Source: Podarcis liolepis | Lineage: Eukaryota | Strand: one strand, 5' to 3' | NCBI GenBank assembly: GCA_965112155.1 | Contig: OZ218114.1 | DNA length: 64,000 nt | In this document: in pieces, positions 26,160 through 38,884 of the stretch | How positions within the stretch are numbered: position 1 is the stretch's first letter | Layout of the letters: each line of letters opens with the position of its first letter | Notes under the pieces: generated by a model | What the model saw: the letters and a program-made list of their open reading frames with translations, nothing else | The model's database searches: none | What the model was told of the DNA's origin: nothing | Translations under genes and position numbers: made by a program

Positions 26160-26780
26160 TGATTTAATTTACAAAGTTCTCAACAACTTAGGTCCAGGCT
26201 TACAGGGTTCTACTTGAACCCTTATATCCCAGCACAATCACTGAGACCATGGGTAGGCAAACTAAGGCCTGGGGGCCCAATCTCATTCTAATTTGGGCCC
26301 ACGGATGGTCCGGGAATCAGCGTGTTTTTACATGAGTAGAATGTGTCCTTTTATTTAAAATGCTTCTCTGGGTTATTTGTGGGGCATAGGAATTCGTTCT
26401 TTTTCCCCCTTCAAAATAGAGTCCGGCCCCCCACAAGGTCTGAGGGACAGTGGACCGGTCCCCTGCTGAAAAAAATTGCTGACCCCTGACTGAGACCATC
26501 CGCAGAAATGTCATTGGTTGCGCTGCAAGTTGGTGAGGCTCATCTGACAGAAACAAGAATCCGAGCTTTTAGTATCATTGGGCCTGTCCTGTGGAATGCT
26601 CTGTCAATAGAGATCTAGCAGGCACCTTCTGCTTTAAGGTTTAAATAATTGCCGAAAACTTTTCTGTGCCACCAAGTTCATGCAGGCAATTAAGAAAACG
26701 CATTTCCTTAATAGTTGGTAATCTCTGGTTTTATTTTTTTTACATGTTTTTAAATATTTTATATAAGTATGGTTGGTGTA
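26160..26780 (+). mobile_element. L2 LINE 3' fragment interrupted by a hAT MITE
   Basis: YKVLNNLGPG before the MITE and RAFSIIGPVLWNAL after it. Confidence 0.72.
26248..26488. mobile_element. hAT-superfamily MITE
   Basis: Perfect 8-bp TSD ACTGAGAC (26240-47 and 26489-96); imperfect TIRs CATGGGTAGGCAAACT / AATTGCTGACCCCTG. Confidence 0.9.
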
Positions 26781-26818
26781 AAGCACTTATATATGTGTGT
26801 GTTTATGACATAGCTGTA

Positions 26819-27047
26819 CAGTAGATGCTCGGGTTGCGAACGTGATCCGTGCGGGATGCACGTTCGCAACCTGCAGCGTTTGCAGCCCGCAGCAGCACAT
26901 CTGTGCATGCGCAGGTTGCAATTCTGTGCTTCTGCACATGCGTGACCGCCAAAATCCGGAAGTAACCCGTTCCGGTACTTCTGGGTTTTGGCAGTCCGTA
27001 ACCCGAAAAAATGCAACCTGAAGCATCTATAACCCGAGGTATGACTA
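26819..27047. mobile_element. Tc1/mariner-type MITE
   Basis: TA|CAGTAGATGCTCGGGTT ... AACCCGAGGTATGACTA|TA; CpG-rich interior with internal palindromes. Confidence 0.75.
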
Positions 27048-27070
27048 TATAAATGGTGTGTTTGTATATA

Positions 27071-27072
<2 letters not shown>

Positions 27073-27110
<38 letters not shown>
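27073..27110. repeat. (TG)n microsatellite
   Basis: Direct reading. Similar tracts at 32971-33010 (AC), 59241-59272 and 63364-63396. Confidence 0.95.
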
Positions 27111-27114
<4 letters not shown>

Positions 27115-27973
27115 ATATAAAAAAATTGGAGTATACCTAGAGCCAATACACGCCCGAGAGTATACTACTGGATCAGTGCGCTCTGAAATGGTTCAAACTC
27201 AGTAGTGCTGGCACAATCCATTCTACCACAAAACTCTACTGTTACTGAAAGAAATGCAGAAAGGTACAAGCGGGGGATCCCACAGCTGCAGTCCAAAATG
27301 ATACAGCCCAGGCAAAGGTGGACCACCCTAGGCAAAATAAATTAGGCCTACATTTAGTTTGTATCATTATTACTCATGAGAAATACAAAAAACTCTTGTG
27401 ACAGCTCCAACTCCAGCTATGTGGGGTTCAAGGGAAAATGGCAGCAGCAGCAGCAGCAGCTCTACCAAGAGCTGTGCTCCAAGCGGAGATTTGTGGCTGC
27501 ATCTAGTCACCATTTACATTTCCCCACAATGCCCCTGAGCTAAGTTACATTGGGATGGCAACGCGATACCCCTACGCAGTGTTAGTCATAGTGTTGGGCT
27601 GGAAAATGATGCAGGGGGTGTGAAGGACAGGTGGACAGGTGTCACAGGCCCTGCTCTGGTGCTGGGGCCTCAACAACTGTCCCAGGACATTGGTGCATTC
27701 CTCATGGTCTGTTGCTTATTCTGATACTTCAATGTGAAATCTCAGGACAACTAAATATAACCAGTGGGTGGGGTGGGGGGCAACCAGTGCAAATGTTGGG
27801 AAAGAGCCAAAAAAGCAGGAGAAAAGAAAAGTGTCAATTTTGAAACAAAAAGCTACATTTTGCTGCTGCCCCCCCAAAAAAAGATCCATTTTCAACACAA
27901 CTTTACACTTTAGTAATTTAGAATAAATAGGTCACCTGGACTTAGTCCTTTGTGATACACAGTTTTCACATAC

Positions 27974-28100
27974 CTGTATAAATAAATCTACCAGGGGCTC
28001 CTTTGCAAAACTGCTTGGATTTATATGATAATGTTACTTCAACGACACCAGGGATGTGACGAGGGGGCGTCTGGACACGGATGGCGTGAGGGGTGATCAG
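27974..28100 (-). CDS. EBF2: EBF2 exon 10 (127 nt): [48 protein letters not shown] domain
   Basis: Acceptor ...TCTCCCCAG, donor GTATGT; phase 0 to 1. Confidence 0.97.
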
Positions 28101-30154
28101 CTGGGGAGATTCAAGGAGAGAAAAGAAGTAACAGTGGTGAAGCATTTGCACAGGACCCTTCACCATTCTCAGTTTGTGCTGCTAGAACAGGGCTGGAGAT
28201 CTGCTGACCCTCCAAGCTCTGTGGGACTCCAGATCCCATCATCTCCAGCCACCTTGGCCAATAGTCAGAGATGATGGGAGTTGTAGTCCAACAACATCTA
28301 GAGAGCCAGAGGTTCCCCAGGCCTTTTCTACATAAAAATGGACATTAAAATTCAGCAGAAATAAACTTCTCCAGGTCAGCGGGCAAAACACACACCTTTA
28401 TCTACTCAGGTTAATGATGAAGGTGGGATGCACAAATCTGTCCATTTCAGTTTATCATTTTATCCAATCTTAAGATGAGCTTGCCCCATTTCCACATAAA
28501 TTTGCTTTTTTTAAAAAAAAAAAGTCTGAACAATTTGTATGAATTTTCACATTTCTCCTAGTATACATTTTTGCATGGATTTTGTCTAATATATGCATTC
28601 TAAAACAATTTCCCCATATATAATACATTTTCTTAAATTATTTTTTCTAGGATGCATATTTCACTAATATATGCTTTTTGTGTGCAAGTGTTCTTTAATA
28701 TATGCTATTTGGTGTGTATTTTTGCATAAGGAACTGGACTACAAATTTCAGAGAAGTGACTTGGGAAGCTCAGCTGTGTTTCAGTTTACATCTTAGTTCA
28801 GGAAGGTAAGTAGGTCTGCATTAAAACGTGAACTGAACTAATTTTACTCCATCTCTAGTACTTTTTGTTTTAAGTACTGAATAATTTGGGTCAACTTTTT
28901 ATATATGTGAAGCCTGATCAAAAAAGTTCTGAATTACCTGGTTTTGTTTCATAAGAGGAACCAATCCACTAAATGTCCTCACTAGTTCTATTTTTCATTT
29001 CCAAATTTAGTATATACAATTTGTGACAGTTTTCAACACCTTTGTGCCTCCCCCTTGCACCTCTTCTATGGAGCTAATGCACAAGTGTGGCCATGTTGAC
29101 AAAACACTGCCCAAAAAAGCTACTGTTGGTGGGATTTGTGTAGGACTGTTTGAATTTCCCTGGGGGTAGGCAAATTGTTCTGCCATTTCAGGCATGGCAT
29201 AGAGGGTGGGGGGTGGGAGGCAACTTGTCTTGGTGCCCACGATGTCTACATCAACAGCTCCTCCTTTTCTGCCCATTGCTGCCTATGAGTTTCGTCTTCT
29301 CTTTTCCCGCAAGCCCCCCTCCACCATCTACTATATATTTCAGAAAGTTGTTTGATCAAAATGCTTTTTTCAAAGTGTAAAGTGGCACACTCGGCCACCT
29401 TGTATAAAAACTGAAGTTAAGCCAACCCTCCACTGAAAACCTTGGCTTGTCTGTCCCACCCCCATAGCTGTATTAAGTCTCTCCACTTCCATGGGGGGCG
29501 TGAGTGGTCTGAAACCAATGCCTCCACTTGAAGTAGGTCTTTAGAGGAACATGAAAACTACAGCAAACTGCAGACATGGATTGGCGTGTGAGAGAGAGCG
29601 CAGAGGCAGTTGTGTCCCCTGGCAGTGGCAGCGCACTTGTAGGGATGGAGGCAAGACAGAAGTGAGGTTAAAGGAGCTCTGGGTTGATGGCAATGGTCTA
29701 TGGCGCTCCCCTCTCCTTGCAGCAACCTTACACAACCTCATCACCACTGCCACACTCCCCAGTGGGACATTCCCATCATGAAACACTGGGGGTGCACTGT
29801 ACAAAATCGTACAAAAAAATGGATATTCTCTCTCTGTTAGCAACCCGTTGATTATGCCATTTGAATTTTACCACCTGAGAAATGATAAATATCGTATGGG
29901 CCTGAATATAAGCCACATCTTTAAAATTCGAGGGGGGGGGGAGACAATATCCAAATATAAGCTGCTCCCTTAAAATTCCGCAGGCACTCACACTCTGTTT
30001 TAGAGTATGTCTGTTTCAGCAGCGATATTGCAAAAGCCAATTTTTGTAAGGTCATGAATTTAAGCCACACTTTAACTTTTCATGGTCAGAATTTGGAAGA
30101 AAAAGTGCAGCTTATATTCAGGCCAATGCGGTAGAACCAATGCAAGCTACCTTA

Positions 30155-30505
<351 letters not shown>

Positions 30506-32966
30506 TTACTCCAGGGGTTAAAACCTTTGGAACTTCCAGGTGTTATTGGACTCCATTTCCCATCATCCCCATCCATCATGGGTCAGTGGGAGTCAGGGAT
30601 GATGGGACTGATAGTCCAGCAACATTCAGAGGGCCAGATGTTCCCCTGGCTACTAGCCATGTTGGCTATGATTGATGGGAGATAGAGTCCTACAACATCT
30701 GGAGAACAGCAAAGTAAATATTAGCAGTGAAAGTTGGGTTAGATAACAATCGTTCTATTGCCAGAAACTTCAGAAAAGTTAACATTTTCTCCCCTGGGCT
30801 TTTATAGCATAGATATAAACTCTGTGGATTCTGGAGAACTTCTATATTCTTCTTTGCCATCCTAAAAAGTTCACTTGCTATCATTCAATTGAAGCAGATC
30901 CAGACTACAAAAATATATTGGTTCTACACCAGTTTAACTCTTATGGCATCCCTAATGAATTCTGGGAATTGAAGTCTGGTGTGGGTGCTGAGAATTATCC
31001 CTTAGACATCCCTAGCCTATGAAAAAGATGAATCTCATGTAAGGCATCAGTAAAAAAAGAAGTGGAAATAAAATTGCAATGCTTTCATACAAATCTAGGG
31101 TACAAATTCACCATGGGGAAGAAAAGGGCAACACAAAATATTAAGGAGCTGGAGAAAAACTCCCCTATGAAAACATTTGGGCTTCTGGATTTAGGGGGGG
31201 GGGGGGAGGCAAGGGTGTGTATACATAAATTGATGCATCATTGAGAAAGTGAATGAAGAGACATTTTTTCTGCCTCTATCTTAATTAATAATCGAACCTG
31301 GAGTCTGGGTCAGCCCCACCACTAGGGCAGTGGATGAGCAGGGGTGTGTGTTGTGCCACACATGTGGCCCTATGCTTCCAAGCTGCCCTGCCTTGTGCTC
31401 TCTAATCCAGCAAGCCATCTCAGGTGTGATGGAGGATGCTCTTTCATCACCATTCAACGGACAGTCCGCTCAGCTTCCGCATATGGGATGGGGAGAAGGG
31501 TACAACCTTCTCCTTTGCCTCAGGCAGCAAAATGTCCTGGGCCAGCCTTGCCAGGGGTCACACAATGTGGTGGGAAATTCTGGACACACAAAACAAAGCC
31601 TTTTCTTCACAGGGCACATAGTTTAACTATGGATTTCATTTCATGAATGCATCTGGTTGACCACTCTAGAAAATGGGATACTGAACTGCATAGTTTGCCC
31701 CAGCAAAACTCTTCTTGTGTTTTTATGCTCTTACTAGGGATGGCCAACTCTGTTTCTCTCAGCTTCTAGCCCCCCCCCCCCCCGCCAGTCTTGCATTCAG
31801 TTTACTAGATTCCCACATCAGTTTGCATTGTTATTATTGTTCTTAAGAAAAACAGTCCTTGCAAAAGTTCGGTTTTAGAATGCATTTTTTGGTTGGAGAA
31901 CAGTACTGCAAACTTTGGAGGAGGATGCATTTTGAAGGAGAGCTGTATTTACATATGTATACTGTTTCAGGAAGTGTGGATGAGGTAGATTCATGTCAAA
32001 ATGAGAAGCAAAGTGGATTCTGACCCCCATCCCTCGTTCAGATATGCCCTTCTAGTGAGTGTGTAGGATATTCATTGCAGAGTAACTTCGTACATTCCCT
32101 GCTGGAAGTTAAACTTCTGGTGCTGGTAAGGTGACAGCTGGGGAATCATGTTGCCTCGCACCAGTCCACAAAATGTTAATATCTGTCCGACTGGAGGGGC
32201 AACAGAGCCAGCTCCAGTGAAGTATGAATTAGCTCAGCGGTAGGTCACATGTTTTGCATGTGGGATGTCCCAGGCTCCTTCATGGCATCTTGAGTTAAAA
32301 GAGCTCAGGTAGCAGGATGGTGAGAAACCCCTGCCTGAGAGCCCTGAGAGTCAGCTGCCAGTCAAAACTGATAGTAACTGATTAGATGCATCAGTGGTCT
32401 TGAACCAGCATAAGGCAGCACCAAGCAGAAATATAAGCATCCGTGTCGACAGGCTAATAACAATACACAACATTTATATTAAGCATTTTCACTGTAGTCC
32501 TGTACATTTTTGCTTGGAAGCAAGTCCTGCTATAAGTGTGACTTCCTAGTAAGTGTGCTTAGGATTACATTCTTAAGCATGCAAGAGTGCAATCCTATCC
32601 GTGTCTACTCAGAAGCAAGTTCAACTCTGTGACGCCCCAGGGAATTTGATGGTGCAATATAATTTAAAAAATAAATAAAAACAAGCAAGTATCAATAGGC
32701 TGGGTTTATTAATGGTTTGCATAAGTAAAAAAAATAAAAATAAATCTCCTGCATTCATCCCAGTATTACTGCAAGAGATATCTACATTTTACATCTTGTG
32801 TTTTGTCCCTGGTGTATATACATTTTAATGACTGTGTTAACCCCCCCTCCCCCCAAGCCATCCAGGGGAATATAAACTGAAGAGCTGTATACAAATGTAA
32901 TAAATAGATCATAGGTAATAAAATTCATTTTACGAATTTCTGGCTTTCATAGGATAGGGTATTTCC

Positions 32967-33012
<46 letters not shown>

Positions 33013-33269
33013 CCCCTCCCTCCAACCTCTTTCATACGTTCAGGGCCTCTGGACTATACATCCCATCAAGATCCCAATATGGTTTTCCAGTCCATAACCA
33101 AAGTCAATCCATCACTCCATTCCCAATGTTGACAAGGTCAGAGGTGGAAGGGAGCTTTGGCAGGGCTCCAAAAATACGAGACTCCTTTGAACAGCCAGTC
33201 AATCACATTCAATCAGTCAAGGAAAAACTGGAAGGCTTCCTAGCTTTGGAATCTTGGGAGTTTCCTTCT

Positions 33270-33830
33270 ACCATTTCACTGCCCGCTGGGGGAGAATTAA
33301 CACTGCTCCGAATTCTTTACTGATTCAATCATTTTCTTCCAGTTCATTAATTCTCCTTTAGGTTGATGCAGGGCACATTTTAAAAGGGAGGGACGCAACA
33401 AAACACCCTAATGAAATAATAGACTAACTTGTCTCTTCTCGTAACGTCACAAAGTCTTCTCACTTTCACTAGCTGCAAGGAGAGGGCCAAGAGGGGCTTC
33501 TCTAGTTATTTTTAACTGGTGCCAGAATGGGGCTGGCAAGAGTGTAGGCGATTATCCAATTTGAAGCTTAGCAGATCCAGTGATTTGTAATTGCTTGAAA
33601 ATACAGCCTGCAGACGATGGTGATTCCTCGCTTAGCCAAACAAACGAAAATCAATTAGTGTCAGTTCCCTTCTGCGCATTGTTACGTTTCCCGCAGTTTG
33701 TTTAAGGGAACGGCTGACACTTTTTCATACACATCTTGTGCTGTTACATTTCTGTTTAACTAAGATGTCATGTTGCTTGATTCGCTCAAAATCAAGTCAA
33801 GCCCAGCTGAGCAACGAAGTCTGAAATTCT
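33270..33830. promoter_or_regulatory. Candidate conserved non-coding element / intronic enhancer (intron 8)
   Basis: No recognisable repeat; CpGs retained; clustered TAAT/ATTA, TGATTCAATCA and TGACA motifs. Conservation is inferred, not tested. Confidence 0.45.
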
Positions 33831-34588
33831 TTTGTGGAATATTTAGCACATTGCCTCTCAGCTGCTCTGTCCTGAAGAAGCAACTAGAATGCAGAGTGAG
33901 ACCGCCAGATTTTAATGATACAAAAGTGTTGGTCAACTTTAGATGTTATGCAGGTTGCTGGTCTCACTCACAAGGGTTGCCTCCTTATGAAAGCAAGGTA
34001 ATCCATAAGCTGATGGGAACATGGGGAACTGTCACAATACACTGATTGGTCCATCCAGAGCAGCACACTGACTGGCAGAGGCTTTCCAGGATATCAGATC
34101 AGGCTTTCTCCCAACCATATGAGGAGATAGCAGGGATTGAAGTTGGAATTTTCCGTATTCAAGTTATGGTCTTTCCCTTATATTTAATCAGACCATTGGT
34201 CCACCTAGCTCAGTATTGTCTATACTGACTGTCAGTGGCTGTCCAGGATTTCAGACTAGGATCTCTTCCATCCCTACCTGGCGATGCCAGGGCCTAGACC
34301 TGGGATCTTCTGCATGGAAAGCAGACGCTTTTCCCTTCGGATCTTAGCAACATTAGTAAATTAGCCAAACTAATTGCTCAACTACACACTACAGAGGAGG
34401 GCCAAGCTAACATGTGATATTAATGGAATAGATTTCCTTGGAATGCAAGCTATTCCTTGCCTTAATTTGCTCATCTGGATGGAGGATACCAAGGAGTGTG
34501 TGAGTTTGTGTAGAAACCAGCCTACTGTCCAAAAATAACTTTTACATTTGTTGCTCTGCCCTCTTTTGCTTTTTGCCCCACTCACCAC

Positions 34589-34758
34589 CAGTGGCGTAGC
34601 GTGGGGGGTGCAGGGGGGGGCCGGCCGCACCGGGCGCAACATCTGGGGGTTAGGGTTAGGGGGCGCAAATCCACAGGTTAGGGGGCGCAAATCCATGGGT
34701 TAGGGGGCGCAAATTACTTGCCTTGCCCCGGGTGCTGACAACCCACGCTACGCCACTG
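34589..34758. mobile_element. Young hAT MITE with internal TTAGGG-containing tandem repeat
   Basis: Perfect 17-bp TIR CAGTGGCGTAGCGTGGG; perfect 8-bp TSD CTCACCAC (34581-88 and 34759-66); three units of GGTTAGGGGGCGCAAAT. Confidence 0.93.
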
Positions 34759-35381
34759 CTCACCACTGGGAAGTGGCCCTTGGGTGGTTGTCCAGAAGGG
34801 AATGCAACCCTCTGGCTGAAAAGGGTTTCTTGCCCCAACATAGGAGAAATATATATTTGCAAGCAACAATTCAAAAATGACCATTCCAGTTGGGATGAGT
34901 GAGACCTAGTGCTTATGTGTGCACGTTTAGATTTTCACTAAAGATAGGGTGCAGCCACCATGCCTCCAATCTGGGATTTAAAACACAACCCTGTGCAGGT
35001 TTTCTTGGAATTAAGAACTATTGAGGTGCCCGAGAGTAAGTAAAAAGGCTATGCTTGCTCTGTATAGGATTGCATTGTTAATGTTTGAAGACACAGAGGG
35101 GGGTGAGGAAGGGTTGGTGATTGGTAACTCCAGCTGCCCATGGCAACACAATTTTTAAAAGAGACCTTTAAACACTTTCAAAAGGAAAAGAGGGGTAAAA
35201 TAGCTATAGGGAGTTACTTGGGACAATTACCAGAAAATCAGGTGTCTCCCTGGTAAATAGCATTTGCATTCCTTCTTCATCTTGCACACACTGCTGTTTT
35301 CTCTCCACTTTGATTATGTGACATATTTTGGACAATACTTCCCTTTCCTTCCCCATCCCCACCCCAGATAAAGGGCCATAC

Positions 35382-35499
35382 CTTCAGACGGATCAAGCCT
35401 TCTCGCCCTCCGTCCGTGTTTTGAGTTGTTGTGAACAAACATGTTGTCAGATACCGCCAGTACGTGCCCATCGACATTCACCGTTGTTGATAACACAAC
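35382..35499 (-). CDS. EBF2: EBF2 exon 8 (118 nt): [39 protein letters not shown]
   Basis: Acceptor TACGCAG, donor GTATGG; end of DNA-binding domain plus basic linker; phase 0 to 1. Confidence 0.97.
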
Positions 35500-36932
35500 C
35501 TGCGTATTAAAAAGGCAGGGGAAGACAAGGCAGACAAATTACTTTCAGAGATCCATGTTTGATGCATTAATTAATCAGCTGAGTTTAAAATTCTATTCTA
35601 TTTTGGCAAAATGAAATTGTGTCCTGCGGGGCTTATTCCTTCATTGAGGGACAAGATCTTTCTGCCTTGCATTAATTTCATTTAGCAAAGCATCCTAAGA
35701 ACCGGAAGACTCCTTGGGTCTTGGCATCGTAATATGCCAGCAAACTGCAAATGGCCTTAAATTTCATTTCCTATATCAGAAAGTATCACAAACTCTTTTC
35801 AGATGTCCTAAAAGGCCCTATTTTGAATACATATGAATATAAAAAGAAGCCTTGTCAGTCAGAGCACTGGTCCATCTCGTTCAGTTCTGTCTACATTGAC
35901 TGGCAATGGCTCTCTGGGGTTTCAGAACCACTCTAACCAACTGAGCTATTCAGATACGAGTCCCTCCCTCTCCTGCCTGGAGATGCCAGCTATTGAACCT
36001 GGGACCTTCTGCACACAGAGCTTATGCACATACAAGCTCTATGCACTACTGAGTATTCAGGAAAAAGCAAGGTCCCTAATCCAGGATGAGAGGTACCACA
36101 GCTCCAGATATCAGTTACTGGGGGAAGTCAGTGGGGAAAGTCCTGCTTGGGTGCACTGCCTCTTTTACTTCTGATAGGGTGGCCATGTATCCTACTTTAC
36201 ATGCAAGTTGCAATATACAGAGCCTGTTAACATGTAGTCATTGGTGATGTGGGTGGGGTGAACAATAAGCATTCTTTTCAGTGCCAGGTAAAAACATTAT
36301 TGTTTAGACAAACCTACCCAGATGCTTAGAAAGTTGTTTTTAATTTTAATCTGTTTTAGTATTTTTTGCATGTTTTAAAGTATTGTTTTCTTAAAGTATT
36401 GTTGTAATTTTTTTCATTATTTCATTTTTTTGCAAACTGCTTGGATGCTTCGTTTGTTTTTTTTACACTGAAGCAGTGTAGAAATTTTATGGAATAAATA
36501 GTAAGTAAATAATAAACCCACTGCCCCTCCATGCATTTTTGAACAGTCTAAAGAACTACTATGCAAAGCAAGTCCATTTCTCAATGCACACCTGGGTAGT
36601 GCAGCCATCGGCAATACTGCACCTGTAAGCATTATGGAACATCATATTTAAAAGGCATTTGCCTATGAAGTCAAGGACTCTGTGTACATTTTCCCAAATC
36701 ACCTAAGCATGGAATACCAATCAAGCTTCGAAAATCAATAGAACAGACAAGCTAGCCCTTACAAAGGCAGCACTGGCAAAAAGTCAGGCTCCAGCAAACA
36801 GAGAACTCCCACAGCTGTAGTAAACATAACCAAAGGAATGGAAACTCACAGCAGAGGCAGAGGGACTTACCTACGTGGAGGTTAGCCTTCAGTAAGAGGA
36901 GGTTGTAGATAATTAGATTAGAACCCAGAATA

Positions 36933-37304
36933 GGTAAAGGTAAAGGGGTAAAGGGACCCCTGACCGTTAGGTCCAGTCACAGAGAACTCTGGGGTTGTGG
37001 CGCTAATCTTGCTTTACTGGCCGAGGGAGCCAGCATTTATCCGCACACAGCTTCTGGGTCATGTGGCCAGCATGACTAAGCCGATTTTGGCAAAACCAGA
37101 GCAGTGCATATAAATGCCATTTACCTTCCCGCCGGAGCGATACCTATTTATCTACTCGCACTCTGACGTGCTTCTGAACTGCTAAGTTGGCAGGAGCAGT
37201 GACCGAGGTATGGGAGCTCACCCCATCGTGGGGATTCGAACCGCCAACCTTCTGATTGACAAGCCCTAGGCTCTGTGGTTTAGACCACAGCGCCACCCGA
37301 GTCC
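36933..37304 (-). mobile_element. Sauria SINE, full length
   Basis: Head GGACTCGGGTGGCGCTGTGGTCTAAACC (A box), B box GGTTCGAATCCC, (ACCTTT)n tail; degenerate TSD TAGAACCCAGAATA / TAGAACCTGGAATA. Confidence 0.92.
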
Positions 37305-38884
37305 TAGTAGAACCTGGAATACCTGCATTCAAACCCCTATTTAGCTATGCTGCACACTGGGTGATATTGGTGATATTTTTTCTCTACCTAGCCCATCTCA
37401 CAGGGCTGTTTTGAGGACAGAAATAGTACCAGTAGTACCAGGGGCATATTCAAAGGTGAACTTTCTGAAACAATAACCACTGTTAGAATACGTGCCCCAC
37501 ACTGGGCAAAGGATTGCTCCATTGTAGGGGGCAGTGGACTAGATGGTGCTCATGGTCCCTTCCAGCTCTATGATTCTATGAGTCTATGATCCTTCAAAAC
37601 TCACACCTATCCAAAGTTTGCAAAGCAGTCGTCTGCCAAAGCAACATGCACAAATATGCACATGCTAAAAGCATGTGTATACAGTACATGTGCATATTAC
37701 TGTAAATAACATACAGAAATGTATTACGTTAGTAGAAATTTCTTTGCAGAAATGTAAGTATTTGCAGATATCAACTGTATAGGAGAAAGTCAGACAAAAA
37801 TACTGGCAGTTTTCCAGAGGACTTTTAAAAAATTTAAATTGCAAACTGACGTGGAAATGTGGAGGACTAAATTTAAAACTGGGACAATAAGAAATTGAAG
37901 CACTTGCTCTGAGCAATGAGAGCATCACTGAGGGAAATGAGGGGAAGCCCCATTGATGTTAGCTAGCATGAGAGTCAGCACATGCCAAGCCCTTAAACAG
38001 CAGGGGGAGGGTATCGCCTTTGTGCCCTGCTGAGGAGCTTGCTGGAAGATGCTAGCAGCTAGCCACTGTGGAGAAAAAGATTGCTGGACTAGAAGGACCT
38101 TTGATCTGATCCAGCAGAGCTTTTGTAATGCTCTTAAGACTTTTGGCTACTCCTGTATTTATTAAAGAACACCCAGTGCATTAAAGATCTTAAATGTGCA
38201 AGCAAGGGGCACATAACAGCTCACCTTGCAATTCAGCAGGATGAAGTCATCAAGTTACATAAAGTACACCCTTTCTAAAGGGTGTCTGGTAAGCTTGTTT
38301 TGGTCAAGAATCAGAACATAATTCTCGGGGTGTTTTTGTAAGCTGGAATTTATTCCAAAGCACAAATCATATGATGACAGTATTCATATATGAATGATGC
38401 ATGCATGTATCAAACATGTACTAGTTTTGCTGCTTTTTTGTTGAGTGTTATTGGTTATAGCATGGCTAAATTGAAATGCTAGTAGTAGCAGTAGTAACAA
38501 CAACAACAGTGAATATCTGAAAGCTCCTGAACGTCAACATTTGCAAATAAATGCTGCAAATCCCACACCAAAAATTTATGAATAACCAAAAATGAAATGC
38601 ACCAGTGAACTTGACTGTGACCTAAATAATCACGCAGTGAGCTTGATGGCTGAGTGGAGATTTGAGCCCCAGTCTCTTGGGCCTTAGTCCAACACTCTAA
38701 CCCACTACACCCCATCTGGGATTCAGTCACAAACAGTTAGACATTTTCTGTAATATCCGTCTTGCCAGTTTTGCTGGCAAACAATGTATGAACAAGGGCT
38801 TATATTGCCCCTGCTCACTGACTTGCTGCAATTTGTACATGAGTGCAACCATTAATATATTATTCTACTGACATGCATTCTATT

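Noticed and set aside
34645-34715. Interstitial telomere or chromosome fusion scar
   Set aside because: Only four dispersed TTAGGG hexamers, all inside a TIR/TSD-bounded MITE; no long or head-to-head array.
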